Below, in pieces: positions 16,590 to 26,020 of a DNA stretch of 33,754 nt. Under the pieces are notes generated by a model. That model searched no databases, was not told where the DNA came from, and was given only the letters and a program-made list of their open reading frames with translations. Position numbers and translations under genes: made by a program. The DNA is from an archaeon. GTDB lineage: Archaea; Nanobdellota; Nanobdellia; Woesearchaeales; GW2011-AR9. The stretch is taken from positions 1-33,754 of the forward strand of contig NZBO01000005.1 in NCBI GenBank assembly GCA_002686315.1. The letters are read 5' to 3'. The stretch's first letter is position 1, and each line of letters begins with the position of its first letter.

Positions 16590-19500
16590 ATCTTTAAACT
16601 CGTCACTTTCGAAATACCATGAGTCATGCTAACACCAAATAATGTATCAGCTTCCGAGATTAATGAGTCGTTATGCGAGATAACAACATACTGCGCTCGA
16701 TCACTATACTGCCTAATTAATTTTGCTAACTTCTCTGCATTGTGTTTATCAAGTGCAGCGTCAATCTCATCTAACACATAAAATGATGCAGGTTGGTATT
16801 CCTGAATTGCGAAGATAAAAGATAACGCCGTCAACGTTTTCTCTCCGCCTGACAACGACTTAAGATCCATGAATCTGTTGCCTGCAATTTTCACTTTGAT
16901 ACTTAACCCATCTTCAAACGGACTTTTCGGATTATCTAATTCAAGATGTGCTTTCCCTTTCTTAAATAACGTTGTAAAAATACGACTGAAATGTTCGTTC
17001 GCTTGCGTGAAGGTTTTCATGAAATGTTCCGTTTTCTTCGTTTCAATTTCGTTCATTAATGTTAACACATCCGTCTTCTCACCATGCAACGATTGTTGTT
17101 TCTCGACAAGTTTGGTATACTCAGTCTCAATTTGTTCATAGATTTCCAGTGCTTTCATGTTCACCGCTGACATTTGACCAAGCATTACTTCAAACTTCGC
17201 AATTTCACGTTTGAGTTCCTCAACAGGTTTTTCTTTCAATAACGGCACGTCTTTATATCGTGTGAATTCTTCCTCTAAACCAGCTAATTTGGCTTTCACT
17301 TCCGCACTCTTCAATGCAACAAGGTTAATTTCCCGTTCGGCATTCCGTGTTCGCTCACGCATACTTTCCATATCGTTCTCTGCTTTCGTAATATCATTCC
17401 CTAACTTCTCTCGTTTGCCAAACAATTCCTTATATTTCGCATAGAACTCTTTACTTGCTTTCTCTTTCTCGATAAGATCTTTCTCTTCTTTCCCAACACG
17501 CTCCGTAAGACCCTTAATTTCCTCGGTGAATGATTGTTCTTCTTTATCATGCTGTTTAATAATTTCTTGAATTTTTGCTCTCTCAGGTGCTAACAATTGA
17601 CTCATGTTATTCCCTGAATTTTTCAAATCACTTTCCATTCGCACAATCGCGTCACGACATTTTTGCCGTGATTCTTGGAAGGCACTCAATTGTGCAACTA
17701 AGCGCGGGTTACGTAACTGATTTACCTGCGATCGCAATTGGTGTTTCACGGATTTCGCCATCGCGAGATCTTTGTTAATCGCACTTACCTTGCGTTGCAC
17801 AGTATCAATTTCAGTATCTGCTTCTTTAAGTTTAGCTTGTAACTCCTTTTTCCTCGCGGCATTCGCATCTAAATCGCCTGATTCAAGATGAAGTGTTTTC
17901 TCTATTTTGATGATGTCACCTTCCAATTCCGCACGTTTAGTACGAAGTGCCGACACTTCTTCCATGTTTGCTTCACGTTTAGAATGAATGTTCTGAATAA
18001 TAGCTTGCGCCTGGTTCAGTTCAGCATCGAGTCGTTCAAGTTCTTCCATGGAATCTTTCTCTGCAAATCCGCCAGCACGTTTATTGCGGAATCCACCGCG
18101 CATCACACCAGAGGCTTCCGCTAAACTACCGTCAAGCGTGGACATCTTCACGGTCCCAATTCCAACTTTCCGTGCCGCGTTAATATCATCCACGACAAGC
18201 GTGTTCCCAAAAACGTAAGCGAACGCGTTCTTATACTGTGGTTTAAATGAGATCATGTTTAACGCGAAATCATGCACTCCAGAACTACCTAGCAACTTTG
18301 TATGTTCCCGCGTGATGGAAGCAGATCGAATTTTGTTTAATGGAATGAATGCTGCCGATCCTAATTTGTTATCTTTCAAATATTTGATACATCTCGCCGC
18401 GACGGCGTCATCATCAACAACGATATGTTGCATTCTCCCACCTGCTGCTGTTTCAAGCGCGACGGCATATTGTCGTTTCACCTGACCAAGTTCCGCGATG
18501 GTGCCATGAACGCCTTTGAATTGCTTTTTATTGGTAAGAATAGTTTTCACAGCGTTATTACTTGCCATACTCGCTCGAATTGACATGGCTTTCGCGTTGA
18601 GTTTTGCATGCCGTTCTTGTAATTCCGCTAACTCTTTCCGTGCATTCGCAACTTGTGATGCATATGAACTATCATCATCTAAACATTTGTTTAACCGTAA
18701 CGTCGCGTCTTTAAAATCAGTTTTGATATGTTGCAACCGTTTAATTTGATCTTGATGTTCTTTCGCAACTTCTTTCACTTTACTCATACGTTCATCAAGT
18801 GTTTCAAGCTGGTATTCTAACCGATCTTTATCACGCACCAATTCCTGCTGTTTTTGACGTATTTGTTGCACTTCTTCCTGCTTCGCATCAATAATTTTGT
18901 CTTTCGCGTCAATTTCTTTCTCCATTTCAACGGAGGATTCAATTTTATGTTTCTTCTTAAATTCAACAATGGACCTATCAATGTGCGTAACTTCACGTTG
19001 TTTCAGTGCGATATCTTTCTGTAATTGTTTCTCGTGCGCAGAATGTGACGCTGTTTTCGCTTCCAATTCTTTCAACTCTTGCCGGAACTGATCTTTCCGC
19101 ATGGTAATTTTCGCAATTTCATCTTTCAAGACGGATGTCCTTGTTTTGTTTTGGGCAACCTTAACCTTCAACTCTTCAATCTCTCGATGCACTTGCACCT
19201 GCTCTTTCTCACCTTTCTGTTCGATTTCTTTGTTAATCTCCGTGACAGCTTCCTTCAGTGAGATGATAGTTGTTTTAAGTTCATCCACCTTTTTCTGTGC
19301 TCCATCAATTTTTGTCTGATGTGCATCTACTTGCGTTTGATATTTATCTCTCGCAGCTTGTTTCTCTGTTAATTGCGCGTGGATATAGGTTGCCTTGTTA
19401 GAATCTATTTTATCTTTCAATTCTTTGAATTTAAGTGCCTGATCTCGATCACGTTTAAGTTCACGCAGGTACGTTTTCCGCTCTTTCAAAATAATTTCCG

Positions 19501-20074
19501 CGTTCCGTAATTTATCTTCAACTTTGTTCAATTCAAGGTTAGCTTTATGCTTCTTCTCTTCATAGATAGCAACATCACTAATTTCTTCAATGACCCGTCG
19601 TCTTTCCAACGGGGACATCGTCACAAATCTGGTAATGTCACCTTGCAAAATAATGTTATATCCATCGGGGTTAATTTTTGCGAGTGATAATAAATCTAAT
19701 ACTTCCGTTCGTGTTTTTTTATCGCCGTTTACTCTGTATTGCGATCCACCTGCTTTCTTGACTGTTCTGTTAATAACAACTTCATCAGCGTCATGTGGGA
19801 AAATCTTGTTTTTGTTACAGAACGCGATCTCGACAGATCCTTGCGTAGCTGGTTTATTTTTTTTGCCACCGTTAAACACTAGATTCGCTGCTTTCTCTGC
19901 ACGCATTGATTTCGCGGAGAGTTTTCCAAGTACGAAACAAAGTGAATCGCCAATGTTACTTTTGCCTGAACCGTTCGCACCCAGAATGCAATTAAATTTG
20001 TTCTCGAACGGGATCACTGTCTTGTTGGCAAAACTTTTGAACCCATGAATATTAATACGATTAATTTTAGTCAT
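16586..20074 (-). CDS. smc: Chromosome segregation protein SMC
   Basis: 1162 aa. N-terminal Walker A GANGSGKSN, long coiled-coil arms, a hinge (FKGVHGTIAELG...), a C-terminal signature LSGGEKTLTALSF and Walker B FYVLDEIDAALD. Confidence 0.97.
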   Translation of the reverse strand: MTKINRINIHGFKSFANKTVIPFENKFNCILGANGSGKSNIGDSLCFVLGKLSAKSMRAEKAANLVFNGGKKNKPATQGSVEIAFCNKNKIFPHDADEVVINRTVKKAGGSQYRVNGDKKTRTEVLDLLSLAKINPDGYNIILQGDITRFVTMSPLERRRVIEEISDVAIYEEKKHKANLELNKVEDKLRNAEIILKERKTYLRELKRDRDQALKFKELKDKIDSNKATYIHAQLTEKQAARDKYQTQVDAHQTKIDGAQKKVDELKTTIISLKEAVTEINKEIEQKGEKEQVQVHREIEELKVKVAQNKTRTSVLKDEIAKITMRKDQFRQELKELEAKTASHSAHEKQLQKDIALKQREVTHIDRSIVEFKKKHKIESSVEMEKEIDAKDKIIDAKQEEVQQIRQKQQELVRDKDRLEYQLETLDERMSKVKEVAKEHQDQIKRLQHIKTDFKDATLRLNKCLDDDSSYASQVANARKELAELQERHAKLNAKAMSIRASMASNNAVKTILTNKKQFKGVHGTIAELGQVKRQYAVALETAAGGRMQHIVVDDDAVAARCIKYLKDNKLGSAAFIPLNKIRSASITREHTKLLGSSGVHDFALNMISFKPQYKNAFAYVFGNTLVVDDINAARKVGIGTVKMSTLDGSLAEASGVMRGGFRNKRAGGFAEKDSMEELERLDAELNQAQAIIQNIHSKREANMEEVSALRTKRAELEGDIIKIEKTLHLESGDLDANAARKKELQAKLKEADTEIDTVQRKVSAINKDLAMAKSVKHQLRSQVNQLRNPRLVAQLSAFQESRQKCRDAIVRMESDLKNSGNNMSQLLAPERAKIQEIIKQHDKEEQSFTEEIKGLTERVGKEEKDLIEKEKASKEFYAKYKELFGKREKLGNDITKAENDMESMRERTRNAEREINLVALKSAEVKAKLAGLEEEFTRYKDVPLLKEKPVEELKREIAKFEVMLGQMSAVNMKALEIYEQIETEYTKLVEKQQSLHGEKTDVLTLMNEIETKKTEHFMKTFTQANEHFSRIFTTLFKKGKAHLELDNPKSPFEDGLSIKVKIAGNRFMDLKSLSGGEKTLTALSFIFAIQEYQPASFYVLDEIDAALDKHNAEKLAKLIRQYSDRAQYVVISHNDSLISEADTLFGVSMTHGISKVTSLKI

Positions 20075-20369
20075 AAATATGCCTCTTTCTACTCACAAAT
20101 GTTTTATTGCTGGTTTATAAAGCTTTTGAAATGGTAATTGTGAATAGTATGTTCATTTTTTCTCTCAAATCAAGAGAATAATGTGTAATTGTTCAGCTAA
20201 GAATGAAGTTTCCAGGCAGATCTTGTAACGGAAGTTTTATACCCTTATCAGGAAACCAATTGGATTTTCTAAGCTAAACTCCCAAGTTATTTACATCTAC
20301 CTGGATATAGGATGAAGAATGAAGTCATATATAATAATTTAGTACCACTGGAAGTGGGAGAAAACGTAA

Positions 20370-20750
20370 TTATTGTGGTCTGTATAACCCATCTTTTTCT
20401 TTAACAAGAAACATGCTTGTTGTTGAATATGTGGTAGTCCCATCATACGCTGTTGCTGGTTCTAAAAAATCAGATAGACTTTCACCGATATATTCTAAAG
20501 GCCGCGTAACAATCTGCCATGGATGAGTTGCCAGGTGAACAACATCTTTTACACTGTCAAATAGGAGCAAAGCACCAATCCCTGAGTACCTTGGTCTTGA
20601 GGGCGTAGGTGTTATCGCCAAAACTGCACGAGAACTTTGCGACCTCAAATTATGAGATAGTTTCTCAACTTTAATTCCTATATTCGTACTATTCACAGCT
20701 TGACCAACCTTGGAATCATTTACGTTCTGTCTAAGTTTTGTCATTCTCAT
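20370..20750 (-). CDS. Hypothetical protein
   Basis: 126-aa ORF downstream of the tRNA on the same strand. No motif recognised. Confidence 0.4.
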   Translation of the reverse strand: MRMTKLRQNVNDSKVGQAVNSTNIGIKVEKLSHNLRSQSSRAVLAITPTPSRPRYSGIGALLLFDSVKDVVHLATHPWQIVTRPLEYIGESLSDFLEPATAYDGTTTYSTTSMFLVKEKDGLYRPQ

Positions 20751-20867
20751 CTTATATTACAATGTATTTTTCTTTTATAAATCTTCTTGTTTTTTAATTA
20801 TTTTTTAGTGGTGAATCAAAGATCACATTATCAGCTGGGCAGTTTTGTCCTATTTCTTAGAAAAGAG

Positions 20868-20974
20868 TGCACTCGCCGGGATTCGAACCCGGATCACAGG
20901 CTCACTTCGAAAGCGAGTAGTTGACTACAGACCTTAATGGAAGGCCCGGATTCTAGCCATTAAACTACGAGTGC
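20868..20974 (-). tRNA. tRNA-Gly(UCC) with a 35-nt intron at the canonical 37/38 position
   Basis: Read on the minus strand: acceptor stem GCACUCG/CGAGUGC, discriminator A, D arm with GG, anticodon stem CGGGC/GCCUG, loop CU-UCC-A, T arm CCGGG-UUCGAAU-CCCGG. The mature length is 72 nt and CCA is not encoded. A bulge-helix-bulge forms from CUUC/GAAG with two 3-nt bulges carrying both splice sites. A TATA-like element lies 27-34 nt upstream and a U-rich tract lies downstream. Confidence 0.85.
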
Positions 20975-21071
20975 GTAACCTTTTCATTCAAGCTCGTTCT
21001 TTATTAAGCTTTTGCCTCTCTTTCTCCCAAAAAACATAATCTTTAAAAACAAATCTTCCATAAACAGCTAA

Positions 21072-21581
21072 ATGGAAGTGAAGAATCAACCATGCCCGTA
21101 CTGTGGCGAGAACAAATGCACACTCCGCGAGGAAGATATCGAGATCCCTCATTTTGGTCGTGTCTTTGCACTCTCAATGGAATGTGTTGCATGCAGTACC
21201 AAAAAGTCAGATGTGGAACCTGCAGAAACAAAGGAAGCATGTAAATATACGTTTGAAGTTTCATCAGAAGACGATTTAAGTGTGAAAGTTGTGAAATCTT
21301 CTCAGGGAACCATTAAAATTCCGCGGGTTATCACAATTGAATCAGGTCCCGGCAGTAGCGGGTACGTCACGAATATCGAAGGTCTTCTTGAACGTGTGAA
21401 ATCTGTTATTCAAAATACAGGCGAGAGTGAAGATGATCCCGCTGCAAAGAAGAAAGCGAAGAATCTCGTGAAGAAACTCAACAAAGTTCTTGTAGGTCGT
21501 GAGAAATTAAAAATAGTCATTGAAGATCCTAGTGGACATTCCGCCATTATTTCTGAGAACGCAACGAAGAGTAAATTGTAG
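21072..21581 (+). CDS. ZPR1-type zinc-finger protein
   Basis: CPYCGENKCTLREEDIEIPHFGRVFALSMECVACSTK is the ZPR1 zinc-finger layout (CxxC ... IPxF ... CxxC), followed by the ZPR1 beta domain. tttaaaaa at 21042-21049 lies 30 nt upstream of the ATG. The gene ends with TAG. Confidence 0.8.
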   Translation: MEVKNQPCPYCGENKCTLREEDIEIPHFGRVFALSMECVACSTKKSDVEPAETKEACKYTFEVSSEDDLSVKVVKSSQGTIKIPRVITIESGPGSSGYVTNIEGLLERVKSVIQNTGESEDDPAAKKKAKNLVKKLNKVLVGREKLKIVIEDPSGHSAIISENATKSKL

Positions 21582-21663
21582 AGATAGTTTGAATTGTTTT
21601 ATTCGTCACTTTTCAGTAATGACGGACATAATCTTTATATAAGGGCCTCGTTTTATACTATTT

Positions 21664-22899
21664 GTGCATCATGCATTGGTTGGAGATAACAACCATGAAT
21701 TATGGTTTCTAAAAACTTCCAGGATACACATGTCTACAATAAAAAATAAATGCACTGGCCGTACCATCATCCGAAGGTTTTTTTCTTCGACAAAAAGAGT
21801 ACTAGAAGACGCTGTTATAAACGGAGTAAGTCTTCATAATGCTGACCTTGAAAACGCAGATCTTTCAGAAATAATTCTTATGTATAGAGATCGCCGTGAA
21901 GCAGATAATCTACGAAAACGAAGGGATAAAAACCTTGGTTACACTCTATGTATACCCACACTTGTACGGGGGAATTATATTGTAGCAGATCTTCCTAGCG
22001 CACATCTTCGTGGCGCAAATTTACGGGGAGCATACCTTATTTTAGGAGATTTTACGGACGCAGACCTTCGTGACACAAACCTTTCTCAGGCATTACTTTA
22101 TGGCGCAACACTTACAAACGCAGACCTTACAAATGCAAATTGTACGAAGGCAAAACTTGAAAGAGCAAAACTTGGTGGGGCTGATCTTAGACATGCAAAT
22201 CTTGAAGGAGCAGAGCTTAATAGCGCACACCTTCAGGGAGCAGACCTTACAAATGCAAGACTTACAGAAGCAAAACTTAATAGCGCACACCTTCAGGGAG
22301 CAGACCTTACAAATGCAAGACTTACAGAAGCAGAGCTTTATGGAGCAAACCTTACTTGGGCAAACCTTTCTGGAACAAATCTTGAAGAAGCATTCCTTTG
22401 GAAGATAAATCTCGATGAAGCAACACTTGATAGAGCCGATTTTAGTGGAGCAGACCTTTGGGATTCAAGCCTTCGTGACGTAAAAGCTAAACATACAATT
22501 TTTGAATTAGCAGATCTTAGAATGGCACGCCTTCAGGGAGCAGATCTTACAAACACAAATTTCCGTGGTGCAACCCTTTATTTTGCAGAGTGTAAAAAAG
22601 CAAACCTTTCTGGAGCAGATTTTTATGGAGCAAACCTTGAGAATGCATATCTTGATGATGCAACTCTTACAAATGCAAATCTTCAAGAAACAAATCTTTC
22701 TAAGGCATATCTTTTCGGAACAAACCTTACAAACGCAAATCTTACAAATGCAAACCTTGAAGAAGCAAACCTTACACTGGCATCCCTTAAAAATGCAAAT
22801 CTTTCTGGAGCAGATTTGTACAACGCAAATCTCGAACTTACACGATGTAGTGGAATGATTATTGACGATGGAGAAGGGAACGAATACGTTCTTGTGTAG
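21664..22899 (+). CDS. Pentapeptide-repeat protein (about 60 A(D/N)LXX units)
   Basis: Nearly continuous runs such as ANLRGAYLILGDFTDADLRDTNLSQALLYGATLTNADLTNAN. The track start 21664 is a GTG about 25 nt downstream of ctttatataa, and ATG 21730 is an alternative. The gene ends with TAG. Confidence 0.85.
   Translation: MHHALVGDNNHELWFLKTSRIHMSTIKNKCTGRTIIRRFFSSTKRVLEDAVINGVSLHNADLENADLSEIILMYRDRREADNLRKRRDKNLGYTLCIPTLVRGNYIVADLPSAHLRGANLRGAYLILGDFTDADLRDTNLSQALLYGATLTNADLTNANCTKAKLERAKLGGADLRHANLEGAELNSAHLQGADLTNARLTEAKLNSAHLQGADLTNARLTEAELYGANLTWANLSGTNLEEAFLWKINLDEATLDRADFSGADLWDSSLRDVKAKHTIFELADLRMARLQGADLTNTNFRGATLYFAECKKANLSGADFYGANLENAYLDDATLTNANLQETNLSKAYLFGTNLTNANLTNANLEEANLTLASLKNANLSGADLYNANLELTRCSGMIIDDGEGNEYVLV
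22216..22332 (+). repeat. Exact 57-bp tandem duplication (period 60 bp) inside the pentapeptide-repeat gene
   Basis: 22216-22272 is identical to 22276-22332 (cttaatagcgcacaccttcagggagcagaccttacaaatgcaagacttacagaagca). It encodes a duplicated LNSAHLQGADLTNARLTEA. Confidence 0.9.
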
Positions 22900-23010
22900 A
22901 ATACCACAAAAAGCTTATAGAAAAAAACAACTCTTTCTTACACCCTATGGATAATCCACCTAGGACAATACATGCCAACAATTATATAATCATCATGCTC
23001 TATTAGAAAT

Positions 23011-23547
23011 ATGAAAATACTGGTAATGGGACCGAGCGGGTGTGGCAAAACAACAATAGGAGGTTTATTATCACAGAAATTATCCCTGCCATTCATTGAA
23101 GGAGATGCGTATCATAGTAATGAGAATATTACCAAGATGAAATCTGGAACCCAGTTAACAGACAGTGACCGTATGCCATGGTTACGCACAATAGCGGCAG
23201 AGATGCAACGACATGATGGATGCGTGGTTGCATGTTCTGCGCTCAAGAAAACGTATCGTGATATAGTACGAGAAGCAGATTCGTCACTTATACTGATCTA
23301 TCTTCAAGGAAGGAAAGAAGTATTGTATGACCGTGTGAAGGTACGGCAAGGACATTTTTTTCATCCAGAGATGGTGGAGGGGCAATGTAGAATTCTGGAA
23401 GAGCCAGGTGACGACGAGAAAGCTCTTGTTGTGTCAATCGACAATGAACCAGAGAAAGTCTGTGAAGAAATTATGGCGAAATTACTTCCATTCTTGATGT
23501 CCACCAAACATATTTCGCATACCATTCAGCAATTTTCCAATTCGTGA
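23011..23547 (+). CDS. gntK: Gluconokinase (GntK family)
   Basis: MGPSGCGKTT P-loop, FIEGDAYHS, DSDRMPWL, ACSALKKTYRD and GHFF all parallel E. coli GntK. The last 20 or so residues are encoded antisense to the gnd 3' end. Confidence 0.85.
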   Translation: MKILVMGPSGCGKTTIGGLLSQKLSLPFIEGDAYHSNENITKMKSGTQLTDSDRMPWLRTIAAEMQRHDGCVVACSALKKTYRDIVREADSSLILIYLQGRKEVLYDRVKVRQGHFFHPEMVEGQCRILEEPGDDEKALVVSIDNEPEKVCEEIMAKLLPFLMSTKHISHTIQQFSNS

Positions 23548-24390
23548 TGGTTTTGCAAGAGATTGCGTCCGAAAGGTAATGGCAGCTTTACAAGCAGGAA
23601 CAGAAACACCCATGTTATCCGCAATTCGAGCAAGTATCTCCATCTCGCTTTGTGTCTGCCCTTTCACCGATCCAGGTATCGTTGCAAGATCACCATACGT
23701 CTCCAACGCTTTCTTTGTGTAGTCAAGAAGACGTGATTCAACGATACTGCCATTATTCCAAATGTCACATATATCCCTCAGATTTATCCCTAGACTTTCC
23801 TTTTCTGATACTTTCTCAAGTGTCATGAACCCTTCCGCTAACGCCTGCATATAGCCATACTCCACAAAATTGTGGTATCCTTTCACAAGATGACCCGTTC
23901 CACTTTTCCCAAGGTATTTATACGACCCATTCCAAGACAATGCCTTGAACACAAATTCTGTCTTGTCAAAGATTTCTCTATCCCCTCCAATCATGCAACA
24001 CGCACCGTTACGTGCAGCGTAGACACCACCACTGATACCCACATCAAGCATACATATGCCCTTCTCTCGTAACGTCGCTGCTCGTTGCTGTGAATCTTTA
24101 TAGAACGAGTTCCCAGATTCAATAATAATATCGCCTTGGGAAAGACACGTCTTCAATTCATCCAAGACTGTATCAACAACCGATGCAGGCAAGGAGAGTA
24201 GTATCACGCGTGGAGCTTCTAACTTACCACAAAGTTCTTGCACTGATGATGCGGGCTGAGCACCCTTAGTAGCAAGTGTATCAACAGATTCGGTAATAAC
24301 ATCATACCCAACAACAGTGAACTCTTTCTCAAGCAGGTTTTCTGCCATAGGGAATCCCATTTTCCCAAGTCCAATTATACCAATCTTCAT
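23482..24390 (-). CDS. gnd: 6-phosphogluconate dehydrogenase (decarboxylating), short roughly 300-aa Gnd/YqeC-like form
   Basis: N-terminal Rossmann motif MKIGIIGLGKMG, then GNSFYKDS, DVGISGG, GHLVKGYHN and a C-terminal MFGGHxxxK. Confidence 0.85.
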   Translation of the reverse strand: MKIGIIGLGKMGFPMAENLLEKEFTVVGYDVITESVDTLATKGAQPASSVQELCGKLEAPRVILLSLPASVVDTVLDELKTCLSQGDIIIESGNSFYKDSQQRAATLREKGICMLDVGISGGVYAARNGACCMIGGDREIFDKTEFVFKALSWNGSYKYLGKSGTGHLVKGYHNFVEYGYMQALAEGFMTLEKVSEKESLGINLRDICDIWNNGSIVESRLLDYTKKALETYGDLATIPGSVKGQTQSEMEILARIADNMGVSVPACKAAITFRTQSLAKPSRIGKLLNGMRNMFGGHQEWK

Positions 24391-24420
24391 TGTAACATCT
24401 CCAAATTTACTATTATAAAA

Positions 24421-24792
24421 TTAGTTATGCTTAAACGCTTGTCCGAGATCAATCATATATTTCCCTTCATCCAACTTCACAATTAACGGATCTTTCTTGA
24501 ACATATGGACCAAATCCAATTCGTACTGCCCAGGTTTCATTACTCTAATAGCTTCAATATCGAGCACGACAGGCTTATTGGGATCTTCATTTTTAATCGT
24601 CAATATTTCAGAAACATCGTCTTCAATATGTTTTTTCTCTTTAACCGTTAAATTATTGACTAATTTCTTCCCTTCCTCGAGACGTTTCTTTTTAATGTAG
24701 AAAAAGACGCGCGCGCCACAACTACATCCCGCTAAAATTTCTTTCGCACCGTCCGCGTGCATCGCATTACATCTTACGCATTGATGTGGCAT
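24421..24792 (-). CDS. Archaeal Zn-ribbon protein (DUF2072-like)
   Basis: MPHQCVRCNAMHADGAKEILAGCSCGARVFFYIKK is the characteristic N-terminal CxxC...CxC ribbon of this archaea-specific family. It is co-oriented with the DUF2073-like and GTPase genes. Confidence 0.6.
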   Translation of the reverse strand: MPHQCVRCNAMHADGAKEILAGCSCGARVFFYIKKKRLEEGKKLVNNLTVKEKKHIEDDVSEILTIKNEDPNKPVVLDIEAIRVMKPGQYELDLVHMFKKDPLIVKLDEGKYMIDLGQAFKHN

Positions 24793-24854
24793 TTTATTCC
24801 TCGTAACGGCTCGTGAGGAATGATTGAAAACCCATAGTTTGTAGGATTTTCATT

Positions 24855-25256
24855 TTATTTTCGCCGTTTCGTTTTTCTGTATCTGGTAGACGATTCTTTC
24901 GTGAATAATTCGATCTTGTCAGGGTTTTGTTCAATCTTTTTCACAACATTGGCAGGACCGATAATGGTTAATCCTTGCCGATCTCCAAGAAGCATCGTCG
25001 CAAATCGTCCTTTCACTTTCTGCATGGCAGTTTGCTTATTTTTATCAGGATACACGGTACTTAACTCAATACCTTTAAATTTGGGAGAAATCTCTTCCAT
25101 AGTAATCTCAATCAAATCGGCTTCCTCTTGTTTTCGTAACCGACCTTCCATCACCACGATTTTATCTTGTTTCACGACGTTTAGAAGTTTGTTAACACGT
25201 TTCGCGGACGATAAATTCTCGATTTGATGGAATGGAATAAATTGAAATGTAACCAT
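24855..25256 (-). CDS. Archaea-specific uncharacterised protein (DUF2073-like)
   Basis: FIPFHQIENLSSAKRVNKLLNVVKQDKIVVMEGRLRKQEEADLIEITMEEI matches my recollection of the DUF2073 layout. The C-terminal tail is basic. Confidence 0.5.
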   Translation of the reverse strand: MVTFQFIPFHQIENLSSAKRVNKLLNVVKQDKIVVMEGRLRKQEEADLIEITMEEISPKFKGIELSTVYPDKNKQTAMQKVKGRFATMLLGDRQGLTIIGPANVVKKIEQNPDKIELFTKESSTRYRKTKRRK

Positions 25257-25304
25257 GTATGAACCTCTTTCGTAGTAGTTGTATTTTGTTAGTGTTTTTA
25301 AATG

Positions 25305-25940
25305 TTACTTAATTAGGTTGAAGACTTCCTCATAAAACTCTTCTAAATTCTTGCCATATTTCGCAGATATACCCACGATGTCATATTGCGGAAATGCTGC
25401 TTTAATCGAGTCAATGTTCGCTTTCTTTAAATCTACTTTATTCGCCGCAATGAGTACAGGAATACTTCGTGCCTGTAAATTACCAATAATTGTGATGTTA
25501 ACTTGTGAATACGGATCTTTGGTTGCGTCTAACACAACAATGACAGCTTCCATGTTATCAAGCCATTTAATGGAATCAATGACACCTTTCGTCGCCTCTT
25601 TCGCTCTCGCTTTCGCCTCCGCTTTTTTCATCCCTCGTTTGAGGAAATCTTCATAATCAATCTTGGTTGCGATACCTGGCGTGTCAACGAGTGAAAACGT
25701 TAACTCTTTGCCTTTCGCATTTTTAAGGTGAATCTGTTCTTTAATTTTAATTTCACGTGTTTCGTGTGCGATATGACTTACGGAAGACATCTCTTCATCT
25801 AACCAATCGAGACAGATTCTGTTGGCAAGAGTGCTTTTCCCGCCATTCGGAGGTCCATAGAGACCTAACTTCACGTGTCCACGTTTCGAGAACGGATTAA
25901 ATTTCAGTTTCTTGAATAGATTTTTGAAAAATTGTTTCAT
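25305..25940 (-). CDS. Small P-loop GTPase (Era/EngB-like, archaeal)
   Basis: G1 GPPNGGKST, G3 DTPG, G4 NKVD and G5-like SAK. The start is set at the ATG (MKQFF) preceded by GAGGGGTG. The track start 25946 is a GTG two codons upstream. Confidence 0.85.
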   Translation of the reverse strand: MKQFFKNLFKKLKFNPFSKRGHVKLGLYGPPNGGKSTLANRICLDWLDEEMSSVSHIAHETREIKIKEQIHLKNAKGKELTFSLVDTPGIATKIDYEDFLKRGMKKAEAKARAKEATKGVIDSIKWLDNMEAVIVVLDATKDPYSQVNITIIGNLQARSIPVLIAANKVDLKKANIDSIKAAFPQYDIVGISAKYGKNLEEFYEEVFNLIK

Positions 25941-26020
25941 GTACACCCCTCTTCCCGATTATGGATCAGAACTCCTTCTTAAAGTTTGTGGTAGGGGAAG
26001 GGATATGTTTGTGTATAATA

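Noticed and set aside
16869-20048. About ten plus-strand ORFs of 60-152 aa inside smc
   Set aside because: All are antisense to the 1162-aa SMC gene. They are Ser/Phe/Leu/Cys-rich, the reverse-frame signature of a Lys/Glu-rich coiled-coil gene.
20075-20369. 295-bp gap upstream of smc, screened for small RNAs (C/D-box motifs, hairpin GUUUCC...GGAAAC) and mini-ORFs
   Set aside because: There is no RUGAUGA/CUGA pairing at correct spacing. The only frames are 10-24 codons without features. It probably holds just the smc promoter and 3' region, with nothing supportable.
20868-20974. Alternative reading of the tRNA as tRNA-Trp(CCA)
   Set aside because: That register would put U at position 37, weaken the D stem (AAUC instead of GAAU) and destroy the canonical bulge-helix-bulge geometry. 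The UCC register satisfies all three.
22070-22907. Four alternative-frame or antisense ORFs (22070..22408, 22093..22290, 22565..22858, 22683..22907) in the pentapeptide gene
   Set aside because: They translate to monotonous QTL/QNL or CKF/RFA repeats created by the 15-nt periodicity. The A(D/N)LXX frame is the only one with a known protein signature.
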